64,000 nt of DNA from Candidatus Hydrothermarchaeum profundi (GTDB lineage: Archaea > Hydrothermarchaeota > Hydrothermarchaeia > Hydrothermarchaeales > Hydrothermarchaeaceae). The notes under the pieces were generated by a model that made no database searches, was not told the DNA's origin, and saw only the letters and a program-made list of their open reading frames with translations. Position 1 is the stretch's first letter. Each line of letters opens with the position of its first letter. Positions 1-8,316 of this stretch are shown one piece after another. Where the stretch lies: the NCBI GenBank assembly GCA_002011125.2, contig MTMF02000009.1:936989-1000988 (forward strand). Reading direction: 5' to 3'. Made by a program: the position numbers and the translations under genes.

Positions 1-1
1 A

Positions 2-3000
2 AGAGGCTTGGGCACATACAATTATACGTGGGGATCAAGCTCTAACGAAACGCCTGGAGAGTGGACAGTACTAGTTAGAAACCAATCATCGCCAACGGGG
101 TCTATAGTAGCTCAGTTCAAAATATTTGTGCGTGGGCAGTTGAATGTTACTGCGATATCAGTAAACTCCACATCTCCCAGAGTTGGAGATACATTGCTAA
201 TCAATGCAACCCTTAAAGATCATACAAACGCTCTTGTAGGGAGCACCTCTCTTGGTTCTGGGCAGGTTACAGCGTATATTGTTGGGCCAGGAGAAAATTC
301 TGAGGTTGCCCTTTCGGATGCAGATGATGATGGTTACTGGACCGGAGAGTTCACCCCAAATACCTATGGAGATTATATCATTGTCGTCAAAGCAACAGAT
401 GGCCATAATAAGTGGATTGATGGCAGAGGAAGCCAGAAAATAGCAGTCACAGGTAGTTTTCCATCTTCATTTTTCGGGTCACTCTTTAGGGGAATAATAG
501 GATTATTTATCGTTTTTTGGCTGTTGAGGAGTTCTACAAAAAAAAAGTTTAGTATCTTTTTTATTATAGCGTTGCTGATTCTCGTCGGAGGGGTAAGTGC
601 TATAGATACCGGGAGATATAACATATCTAAGCCTAATTTAGAGATAGAAGGCTCTACTACTGCAAATCAACTTGACTCAACAGCGCGGGGATGCATCACT
701 AGTGTAGATAATTCTTCATGCCATCTTAGGGACAATAATTTTGGTACAGGAGACTATCAACAAAGAGGGACAACAGATTTGAGTGGGGTAACTCATCCAG
801 GTGCTAATAGAGATGTAGCAGGTTTTTTTCCAGACTGGGTGCATATGCATCATGGCGGTAGCAATTGGCCGCAGTGGTATTGGGATATAACAGGGACGAC
901 CGGTAACGATGCTAGTGGACTGGCCAATATAACGTCTCCAAGGGTAAGTAGTTTGGCGAAAGGTAATGGCGATGCGCAGATAGGATCTGGCTTTGACGCG
1001 GCATTTAATAGAACGCATTATGATGCAGATAGAGACGCATATGAATCCTTGCCTTTTCTAGGTCAGCCCTACGATATTGGAGGAAATAATCCTCAAATGC
1101 CAAAAAGCTGTACGTATGGCGCACAACCAGCGTTGGGAGGTGTTGCAGAGCCTTTCCCCGATCAAGAATCTCTAGGATGTCACGGTACTAGAGAGTTAGG
1201 AGATACTCTAGCTAGAGATTACCCGAGAAGCGATAATGTGAACTGTACTGATTGTCATGGCTCTATAACCGTTCAAAGCACCAATACGAAGCATGGTAGT
1301 GTTGCAGGTGCAAATTGCACATCATGCCATAATGCATACTATAATAGTAGTGTTTCCAAATACCAGTTAGATGGTTCTACTAATATAACAGTATATTATT
1401 GTGCAAACTCGACTTGCCATCAATCTTCTGTAATTACTCCATTAAACACTTCATATCTACATGCTGGAAGAGACTGCCGCTATTGTCATGGTCATGGCCA
1501 TAATATAACAAGCACACCAAAAAGCACTCCCTCTCTGTGGTGGAATACTACCTGCGGGAGTCAAGACGATACGTGCCATGGTAGCGGGGCGCCTTCTCCG
1601 AGAAATGTAGGTGTAGTGCAACATAATGTGACAAACCCCTTCTCGTCACCGCCCAATTGTACCGATTGCCATTCTTATACTTCGTCTGCTCATAACGTAT
1701 CCTCTATACCAGCATGTAGCAAATGTCACAACACTACTTCTACTTGGGGAAAAGCAAGAGCAAATCAGAGTGTACCCAACTGGATAAGCTCACAGACAAA
1801 TAACATGACTCATGGCGACCTTGGTAGAGGAAATAGAAGCAATCTCTCCTGCAACTTCTGTCATAATGATACTAGCTATCATTTTCCTGGATATAGAAAT
1901 ACCAACTATGAGACACAGGGATGTAATAATACTTTATGTCATGGTAATGCAAGTAGTTCTCTCATGGCAAGCAATCTGACTCAGATAAACCGTAGTCATT
2001 CTAATCTAAATTGCAAAGCATGTCACAACAACCAGACTATTTATAGCGAGTCTAGTAATAAGACTTTGGGACCTATAACTATAGATACGAATATACATGC
2101 AAGTAATTCATCTTGGCTAATACCCTTCAATGTTACTACTAGAGGATATGTTACGAACACAACATGCCTGAACTGCCATAACAACAGAACCTATATAGAT
2201 CAAAGTCTAAATTGCACTGGGTGTCATGGGATAAATGGCAAGTTAAATGTCCATACAGATCTTAATGTTGAAGCAACTGTTGGAGACGGCATCCACAATA
2301 CTGGAGACTGTGGCGCATGCCACGCTGATCCATCAAGAGATATTTTCGTTAATTTTTCTGCGGTGAATGAGAGTGTTCATCGTAACTTGAATGTGAATGC
2401 CTCGAATTCTACGCCTTTGTCTTGGGGTAATGTTACTAAGGCGTGTTGGGCTTGTCATGGTAATGGCTCGCAGCCTAGTGGGCATCCGAGTAATTATAAG
2501 ACGCCTTGGAACTGTACTTATTGTCATACCCGTAATGCCTCTGGTCTGGGTAATTTTTCTGCTCCCTTGGTGTATGAGCATTTTGATAATGAGAGTACGC
2601 TGGTGAATATTGATATTAATGTCTCGGTTGGCTGTGTGGATTGTCATAATAATAGTGTTGTGGATGCTAATGACACCTTGTATAGGTCTATTGTTCAGAC
2701 TGGGAGGTCTAATGTCTCGCATTATGGTTCTAGTAGTGGTCTTTTGCCTGGTGGTCAGCCTTCTCGTAATTGTACGGCTTGTCATAGGAATCAGACTACC
2801 GCGAAGACTTGGGGGATCCGGGATAGGTATCCTTTCACTAATAATATCTTTGGTAATCGTACTATTAGGCATTCTGGGAATGAGACTAACTCTGATGATT
2901 CCACGTATTGTGTGAAGTGTCATAATACTTCTACGTCTTCTTCTGGCTTTTTTGACGGTAGCCCGGATGTGAGCTTGCTTGTTAATCTGCATTCTGAGCA

Positions 3001-5743
3001 GCTTTTTGGGGCTACGCCTCCGGGTAAGGTTGCTAGCGTGCACTTTTATTTTGACTGGGAGGGTGATGATTCTGCTGAGTATCCTCCTGGTAATGGTAGC
3101 GTGGAGAATAAGGCTTATGAGAGTTGTCCGGCTTGTCATAATAATACTGGTCTTACTGGTGAGGGTGCGGATGCTGCTAATGCGAAGGTTTGTGAGGATT
3201 GTCACGTGATTAATGAGTCTCTCGGTAAGCCTAATGGCCCTTATCCTGGCCCTGTTGGGCCTTCGGGTCCCTTGGTGAATAAGTTTGTGTTGAGGTCTGA
3301 TTATGATAATGCCTCTGTTCCTGTGGTGAAGGAGCATATTAACGCTACAGACTACTACACTGGAACCGAGATAAATGTCACTACTAATCTTTCTGAGATA
3401 TTTGGCAGTACCTTGAAGCGTTCTACTTCTTGTGTCGGCTATAATGCTACCTCTGGCGAGGGAAGCTGTCATGGCGTCTCATGGGAGTTTAGGGGTAGTG
3501 CTGGAAGCTTTTTCGCTTTTAATAGGAATAGGAGCGTGAATGAGTCTAATGCTACTTATCATTATCAGCTTATCGTTGACTATTTGCCTGACACCCGGAA
3601 CTGTACCTTCTGCCATCTTAGCACGGATGAGAACCTTAGAAAAGCCTGGGGAAACGCCACATATATACCAAATAGTACTGTTAGGGCTCACAATGAAACA
3701 AGTAATTCTCAGTGCTATGATTGTCATGCAGGTGGAACAGCTCCATATAATTTCCATACTACTTCAGTTAATCCTGGAATAGGTGGGGCAGACTGTGGAT
3801 CAGCAGGGTGCCATGCGGATTCTTCGAAAAATATCTGGGTTAATTTTTCTGCGGTGAATGAGAGTGTTCATCGTAACTTGAATGTGAATGCCTCGAATTC
3901 TACGCCTTTGTCTTGGGGTAATGTTACTAAGGCGTGTTGGGCTTGTCATGGTAATGGCTCGCAGCCTAGTGGGCATCCGAGTAATTATAAGACGCCTTGG
4001 AACTGTACTTATTGTCATACCCGTAATGCCTCTGGTCTGGGTAATTTTTCTGCTCCCTTGGTGTATGAGCATTTTGATAATGAGAGTACGCTGGTGAATA
4101 TTGATATTAATGTCTCGGTTGGCTGTGTGGATTGTCATAATAATAGTGTTGTGGATGCTAATGACACCTTGTATAGGTCTATTGTTCAGACTGGGAGGTC
4201 TAATGTCTCGCATTATGGTTCTAGTAGTGGTCTTTTGCCTGGTGGTCAGCCTTCTCGTAATTGTACGGCTTGTCATAGGAATCAGACTACCGCGAAGACT
4301 TGGGGGATCCGGGATAGGTATCCTTTCACTAATAATATCTTTGGTAATCGTACTATTAGGCATTCTGGGAATGAGACTAACTCTGATGATTCCACGTATT
4401 GTGTGAAGTGTCATAATACTTCTACGTCTTCTTCTGGCTTTTTTGACGGTAGCCCGGATGTGAGCTTGCTTGTTAATCTGCATTCTGAGCAGCTTTTTGG
4501 GGCTACGCCTCCGGGTAAGGTTGCTAGCGTGCACTTTTATTTTGACTGGGAGGGTGATGATTCTGCTGAGTATCCTCCTGGTAATGGTAGCGTGGAGAAT
4601 AAGGCTTATGAGAGTTGTCCGGCTTGTCATAATAATACTGGTCTTACTGGTGAGGGTGCGGATGCTGCTAATGCGAAGGTTTGTGAGGATTGTCACGTGA
4701 TTAATGAGTCTCTCGGTAAGCCTAATGGCCCTTATCCTGGCCCTGTTGGGCCTTCGGGTCCCTTGGTGAATAAGTTTGTGTTGAGGTCTGATTATGATAA
4801 TGCCTCTGTTCCTGTGGTGAAGGAGCATATTAACGCTACAGACTACTACACTGGAACCGAGATAAATGTCACTACTAATCTTTCTGAGATATTTGGCAGT
4901 ACCTTGAAGCGTTCTACTTCTTGTGTCGGCTATAATGCTACCTCTGGCGAGGGAAGCTGTCATGGCGTCTCATGGGAGTTTAGGGGTAGTGCTGGAAGCT
5001 TTTTCGCTTTTAATAGGAATAGGAGCGTGAATGAGTCTAATGCTACTTATCATTATCAGCTTATCGTTGACTATTTGCCTGACACCCGGAACTGTACCTT
5101 CTGCCATCTTAGCACGGATGAGAACCTTAGAAAAGCCTGGGGAAACGCCACATATATACCAAATAGTACTAAGCAGTCACATTCAACATCTCTAACTAAC
5201 ACAGAGTGTTATGGCTGTCATACCGAGGATAATCAAGCCCCATACAATTTCCATAGCGCTACACTAGCAACCACTAATTGTAGAGGATGTCATTTTAGTT
5301 GGACAACCATGAATAATACGAAGAACGCACCTACTAAATACGTCAATCAGACTCTTTTCAATACGAGCGTGCACGGTAATAGTTCTGTGATAGATTGTCA
5401 AGACTGTCATACAGGAAGCCATGGGACCTTTGAATCTGGTGGTGGTCCAGAAGAGTACACCTGGAAGTGGTGTGAATGTTGTCATACGGTTATGCCTACC
5501 TATGCAAATAAAACTCCAATAATTTCAACTGGGATAGGATTGAGACACAATTTGACGCGAAAGCCCCAATACCTCTATTATAATATATCAGGCACACTTC
5601 AAACTCCTCTAGAGATAACGACTTGTACGACTTGTCATGATTCGACGCTTTATAACAACGCTAAGGCTAATTTCAACCGTTCTGCCTCAAAGGATTGTAC
5701 CTACTGCCATCCTTTCCCAGATAAACTGCCAGGAGGGGACTAA
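2..5743 (+). CDS. Giant extracellular multiheme cytochrome c, 5'-truncated by the window edge; N-terminal Ig-like region, two hydrophobic segments, then a heme array
   Basis: Frame is open from position 2, so the true start is probably upstream of the window. By-eye count: 33 CxxCH, 3 CX4CH, 1 CX6CH, 1 CX8CH, 2 CX11CH. Very many N-X-S/T sequons. Confidence 0.92.
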   Translation, partial: RGLGTYNYTWGSSSNETPGEWTVLVRNQSSPTGSIVAQFKIFVRGQLNVTAISVNSTSPRVGDTLLINATLKDHTNALVGSTSLGSGQVTAYIVGPGENSEVALSDADDDGYWTGEFTPNTYGDYIIVVKATDGHNKWIDGRGSQKIAVTGSFPSSFFGSLFRGIIGLFIVFWLLRSSTKKKFSIFFIIALLILVGGVSAIDTGRYNISKPNLEIEGSTTANQLDSTARGCITSVDNSSCHLRDNNFGTGDYQQRGTTDLSGVTHPGANRDVAGFFPDWVHMHHGGSNWPQWYWDITGTTGNDASGLANITSPRVSSLAKGNGDAQIGSGFDAAFNRTHYDADRDAYESLPFLGQPYDIGGNNPQMPKSCTYGAQPALGGVAEPFPDQESLGCHGTRELGDTLARDYPRSDNVNCTDCHGSITVQSTNTKHGSVAGANCTSCHNAYYNSSVSKYQLDGSTNITVYYCANSTCHQSSVITPLNTSYLHAGRDCRYCHGHGHNITSTPKSTPSLWWNTTCGSQDDTCHGSGAPSPRNVGVVQHNVTNPFSSPPNCTDCHSYTSSAHNVSSIPACSKCHNTTSTWGKARANQSVPNWISSQTNNMTHGDLGRGNRSNLSCNFCHNDTSYHFPGYRNTNYETQGCNNTLCHGNASSSLMASNLTQINRSHSNLNCKACHNNQTIYSESSNKTLGPITIDTNIHASNSSWLIPFNVTTRGYVTNTTCLNCHNNRTYIDQSLNCTGCHGINGKLNVHTDLNVEATVGDGIHNTGDCGACHADPSRDIFVNFSAVNESVHRNLNVNASNSTPLSWGNVTKACWACHGNGSQPSGHPSNYKTPWNCTYCHTRNASGLGNFSAPLVYEHFDNESTLVNIDINVSVGCVDCHNNSVVDANDTLYRSIVQTGRSNVSHYGSSSGLLPGGQPSRNCTACHRNQTTAKTWGIRDRYPFTNNIFGNRTIRHSGNETNSDDSTYCVKCHNTSTSSSGFFDGSPDVSLLVNLHSEQLFGATPPGKVASVHFYFDWEGDDSAEYPPGNGSVENKAYESCPACHNNTGLTGEGADAANAKVCEDCHVINESLGKPNGPYPGPVGPSGPLVNKFVLRSDYDNASVPVVKEHINATDYYTGTEINVTTNLSEIFGSTLKRSTSCVGYNATSGEGSCHGVSWEFRGSAGSFFAFNRNRSVNESNATYHYQLIVDYLPDTRNCTFCHLSTDENLRKAWGNATYIPNSTVRAHNETSNSQCYDCHAGGTAPYNFHTTSVNPGIGGADCGSAGCHADSSKNIWVNFSAVNESVHRNLNVNASNSTPLSWGNVTKACWACHGNGSQPSGHPSNYKTPWNCTYCHTRNASGLGNFSAPLVYEHFDNESTLVNIDINVSVGCVDCHNNSVVDANDTLYRSIVQTGRSNVSHYGSSSGLLPGGQPSRNCTACHRNQTTAKTWGIRDRYPFTNNIFGNRTIRHSGNETNSDDSTYCVKCHNTSTSSSGFFDGSPDVSLLVNLHSEQLFGATPPGKVASVHFYFDWEGDDSAEYPPGNGSVENKAYESCPACHNNTGLTGEGADAANAKVCEDCHVINESLGKPNGPYPGPVGPSGPLVNKFVLRSDYDNASVPVVKEHINATDYYTGTEINVTTNLSEIFGSTLKRSTSCVGYNATSGEGSCHGVSWEFRGSAGSFFAFNRNRSVNESNATYHYQLIVDYLPDTRNCTFCHLSTDENLRKAWGNATYIPNSTKQSHSTSLTNTECYGCHTEDNQAPYNFHSATLATTNCRGCHFSWTTMNNTKNAPTKYVNQTLFNTSVHGNSSVIDCQDCHTGSHGTFESGGGPEEYTWKWCECCHTVMPTYANKTPIISTGIGLRHNLTRKPQYLYYNISGTLQTPLEITTCTTCHDSTLYNNAKANFNRSASKDCTYCHPFPDKLPGGD
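2348..3679 (+). repeat. Intragenic direct repeat, copy 1 (1332 bp, 444 codons, 8 CxxCH + 1 CX11CH)
   Basis: gttaatttttctgcggtg...ccaaatagtact recurs at an offset of 1491 bp; no differences seen by eye; all-frame ORF translations match. Confidence 0.95.
3839..5170 (+). repeat. Intragenic direct repeat, copy 2
   Basis: Identical to 2348-3679. Confidence 0.95.
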
Positions 5744-5744
5744 A

Positions 5745-6269
5745 ATGCAAGCAAGAACGACTTGGTCTATGGTATTATCGGCGATTCTCCTAGTCGTTAT
5801 AGCAGTAATGGCTATTTATCCTGGAAAAACCACTTTCGCAGGAAGTCATACCATTCATTCTATCCGCAATAGCACAGATTATGGTGATGCTCAATTCTGC
5901 TGGAAGTGTCATCCGAGCCAGGTGGTGAATGTCACATCATCTGGAAATTATACGGCTCATAACTCAACTGCATGTATATGTCATGGTTACCTTCCAAATT
6001 ATACCCAGCTTAGCGGACCTTTTGGATACTATACTCCAAGGACTATAAATCTAGAGCATAATCTAACGATGAACATCTACTGTACCAATTGTCATACTAA
6101 TTATAATGAGAGTGAAACAGTTGGGGCGATAATTATATACTCTGACGGTACTAAAACCGAGAACCAATCTGCCCATTATATCTACTTTAACGGTAGTAGT
6201 TCTTCATCTATTGAGGAGACTTATAATAGAAGCTGGAGTTATTTCAACAGAAGCTTCGGTAGTCCTTAA
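5745..6269 (+). CDS. Small exported c-type cytochrome (2 CxxCH + 1 CxCH)
   Basis: ATG at 5745 after an AGGAGG SD and right after the upstream stop; N-terminal hydrophobic segment; CWKCH, CICH, CTNCH. Confidence 0.85.
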   Translation: MQARTTWSMVLSAILLVVIAVMAIYPGKTTFAGSHTIHSIRNSTDYGDAQFCWKCHPSQVVNVTSSGNYTAHNSTACICHGYLPNYTQLSGPFGYYTPRTINLEHNLTMNIYCTNCHTNYNESETVGAIIIYSDGTKTENQSAHYIYFNGSSSSSIEETYNRSWSYFNRSFGSP

Positions 6270-6362
6270 ACGATGTGTAAGAAAATAAACCTCACTTATA
6301 AATTAAATTTCTGGAATATTTTCAATTGTTAGAAGCTTTTTCTTCTGAAAGAGGTTAAAGGA

Positions 6363-6686
6363 ATGGTAAAAGTAACTAAAAAAGCAGCAGAGGAAATTAA
6401 GAATATTTTAGAAAAAGAAAATAAGCTTGGGTACGGTCTAAGGATATTCATCGCAGGTGCGAGCTGTGGAGGGCCACATTACGGCCTTGCCTTGGAAGAG
6501 AAGCCCGGGGAAGGAGATAAAGTAATAGAGAGCAACGATGTCAAGATATTTTTAGACGAGAAGACCGCTTATTATCTTGAAGATGTGGAGCTGGATTACA
6601 TCGAGACTCCAGAGGGTTCTTGGTTCTCATTAAGCAATCCAAACGTAGACTCAGCTTGTGGTAGCGGGTGTAATTCTTGCTATTAA
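6363..6686 (+). CDS. A-type Fe-S cluster carrier (IscA/HesB/ErpA family)
   Basis: VTKKAAEEI...LRIFIAGASCGG..YGLAL...LDY...NPN...CGSGC pattern. Confidence 0.9.
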   Translation: MVKVTKKAAEEIKNILEKENKLGYGLRIFIAGASCGGPHYGLALEEKPGEGDKVIESNDVKIFLDEKTAYYLEDVELDYIETPEGSWFSLSNPNVDSACGSGCNSCY

Positions 6687-7465
6687 CCTAATAGCATTAT
6701 TTTAAAGGTATCTCTCAATCCAGGGGAATATCCTAACAAGAAAATTGCATAATACCACAGTGAGTTCTCATCTATTTTTTCCAGTAAGGAAATTGCTATT
6801 ATAAGAATGAGTATCTTAAGGGGATATAAAACTAGAGCTGTATTTGCTAAATGTATAAGATAGTTCTCAAAGACATGCTCTTCCCAGTAGCCGTAAAACT
6901 GGATGGCTATAAAAGTAGCGCTCGCATCAAGCATATGGGAGGAGTAGATAAGAGAGATTACTTTACTCTTGATTTTAAATGCTCTCAAGAAGAAGAGAAT
7001 AAAAAGAGAGGATACTACAGTTACAGCGATTATCTGGAGTAAGGGAACCCAAAAGCGAATATTTTGTAATAGCAATGCTAGAGGGTATGCTAGAAATCCT
7101 AGCCCAAAACCAAAAAAGGACTTATGGTACTCTATCCCCTTTTTATTTTCTAATATCAGCGCTATACCTAGGCTGAAGAAGGTTAATAGGAAGATTGTTA
7201 GGAAAATCCCGGGAGTTATAAAGAAAAATGATGTTGGCAAGATGTGAGCGTCCGTTAAAGCGCGTAATATTGATGCTAATGTTAAGAAGGGGATAGTAGC
7301 AAAGTAAAACTCTCTATTAATCGAGATTCTTAGCTTTTTAAGCATCTTGTCCGCTAAAATAATGCCTATTCCAAGTAGAAGGCCATAAATTATAGTATTG
7401 TAAATATTATAGCCTGTACCTTTATAGATGGGTTTTATGAAATGTTCTGATATAAAGTCAATCAT
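6683..7465 (-). CDS. DUF63-family archaeal membrane protein
   Basis: GYNIYNTIIYG, HMLDASATF, YWEEHV and LGYSPGLRD motifs; multiple TM segments. Confidence 0.8.
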   Translation of the reverse strand: MIDFISEHFIKPIYKGTGYNIYNTIIYGLLLGIGIILADKMLKKLRISINREFYFATIPFLTLASILRALTDAHILPTSFFFITPGIFLTIFLLTFFSLGIALILENKKGIEYHKSFFGFGLGFLAYPLALLLQNIRFWVPLLQIIAVTVVSSLFILFFLRAFKIKSKVISLIYSSHMLDASATFIAIQFYGYWEEHVFENYLIHLANTALVLYPLKILILIIAISLLEKIDENSLWYYAIFLLGYSPGLRDTFKIMLLG

Positions 7466-7499
7466 ATTTATATAGCTCGTTTACAGATTGAAATTCTAT

Positions 7500-7781
7500 A
7501 TGATGTCTAATCTAAGGAGGGAAATCGACCTCATCCATAGGCATGTTTTCATATTGAAACTTGTATTAGAAAATGAGCCTATTGGGATTTTAAAGCTTTC
7601 CGATCTTAGCCACCTCCCACAGCATAAGGTTAGATATTCTCTAAGAGTTTTAGAGCAGATGGGTTTGATAAGACCTTCCCTGCATGGTGCGGTCTCTACT
7701 AAGGCTGCTAAAAACTTTCTCAAAACTCTGCCTGAGGAAGTAGAGGAGCTTATAGCTAAGCTGGAGATCTTAAGGACCTAG
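7500..7781 (+). CDS. Small winged-helix transcriptional regulator (archaeal)
   Basis: PIGILKLS..SHLPQHKVRYSLRVLEQMGLIRPS wHTH; ATG 7500 preferred over TTG 7488. Confidence 0.75.
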   Translation: MMSNLRREIDLIHRHVFILKLVLENEPIGILKLSDLSHLPQHKVRYSLRVLEQMGLIRPSLHGAVSTKAAKNFLKTLPEEVEELIAKLEILRT

Positions 7782-8213
7782 TTTATAATGGTCTTTATCA
7801 ACGGAAGCTGTTTTAATGACTTTCTCCGATACATATACTGGGGAGTTCGTTCTTACTGCTAGCGCTAGACTATCACTCGGTCTAGCATCAAATTCGAATT
7901 CATCACCGTTCTTCTCCACTATTAATCTAGCGAAGAAAACTCCGTCATTAAGGTCGTCTATTATGACTTTTTTTATCCTAGAATTCAGACCCTCCAATAT
8001 AGAAAGTAAAAGGTCGTGGGTTAGAGGTCGTGGGTAAGGTAGTTTCTCCAAAGCGGTCTGTATAGAAAATGCTTCAGCCGCTCCGATATAGATAGGCAGT
8101 ACCTTCTCTTCGTCATTTTCAAGGAAAACTATTGGCGTTGACCCCTCTGGGGAGCTTGCCATATAAACGCCTGCTACTTTTACCTGCTGATATCCTGTTT
8201 CTGTGTCTACCAT
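7770..8213 (-). CDS. Bifunctional nuclease family protein (DUF151)
   Basis: LPIYIGAAEA, RPLTHDL and DARPSDSLALAVR motifs. Confidence 0.9.
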   Translation of the reverse strand: MVDTETGYQQVKVAGVYMASSPEGSTPIVFLENDEEKVLPIYIGAAEAFSIQTALEKLPYPRPLTHDLLLSILEGLNSRIKKVIIDDLNDGVFFARLIVEKNGDEFEFDARPSDSLALAVRTNSPVYVSEKVIKTASVDKDHYKLGP

Positions 8214-8316
8214 ACTACTACTTCACCCTCATTGCATAAAATTGTTTTCTATAACGTTGTTATTCAATGCTGTAATGGAAAGGTTTTTGAATTCTTTCTA
8301 ATTGACAGTAAGACGG

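Noticed and set aside
2333-3472. 379-aa antisense ORF (and its 387-aa twin at 3800-4963)
   Set aside because: Direct by-product of the missing NNA codons: antisense stops begin with T, which needs A at the sense third position. The R/I/T-rich product lacks F/Y/W/C across the tract and does not look like a protein.
2397-4700. Short V/L/I/M-rich alternate-frame ORFs on the + strand that look like membrane proteins
   Set aside because: Shifted-frame shadows of T-ending codons in the cytochrome gene.
2348-5170. Classical DGR TR/VR pair
   Set aside because: The copies show no adenine-specific mismatches, both are coding, they are far longer than typical TR/VR, and no RT is in the window. Kept only as a mechanistic analogy.
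5637-5744. N-terminal extension of the small cytochrome given in the ORF track
   Set aside because: Overlaps the upstream gene; the SD and signal peptide support ATG 5745.
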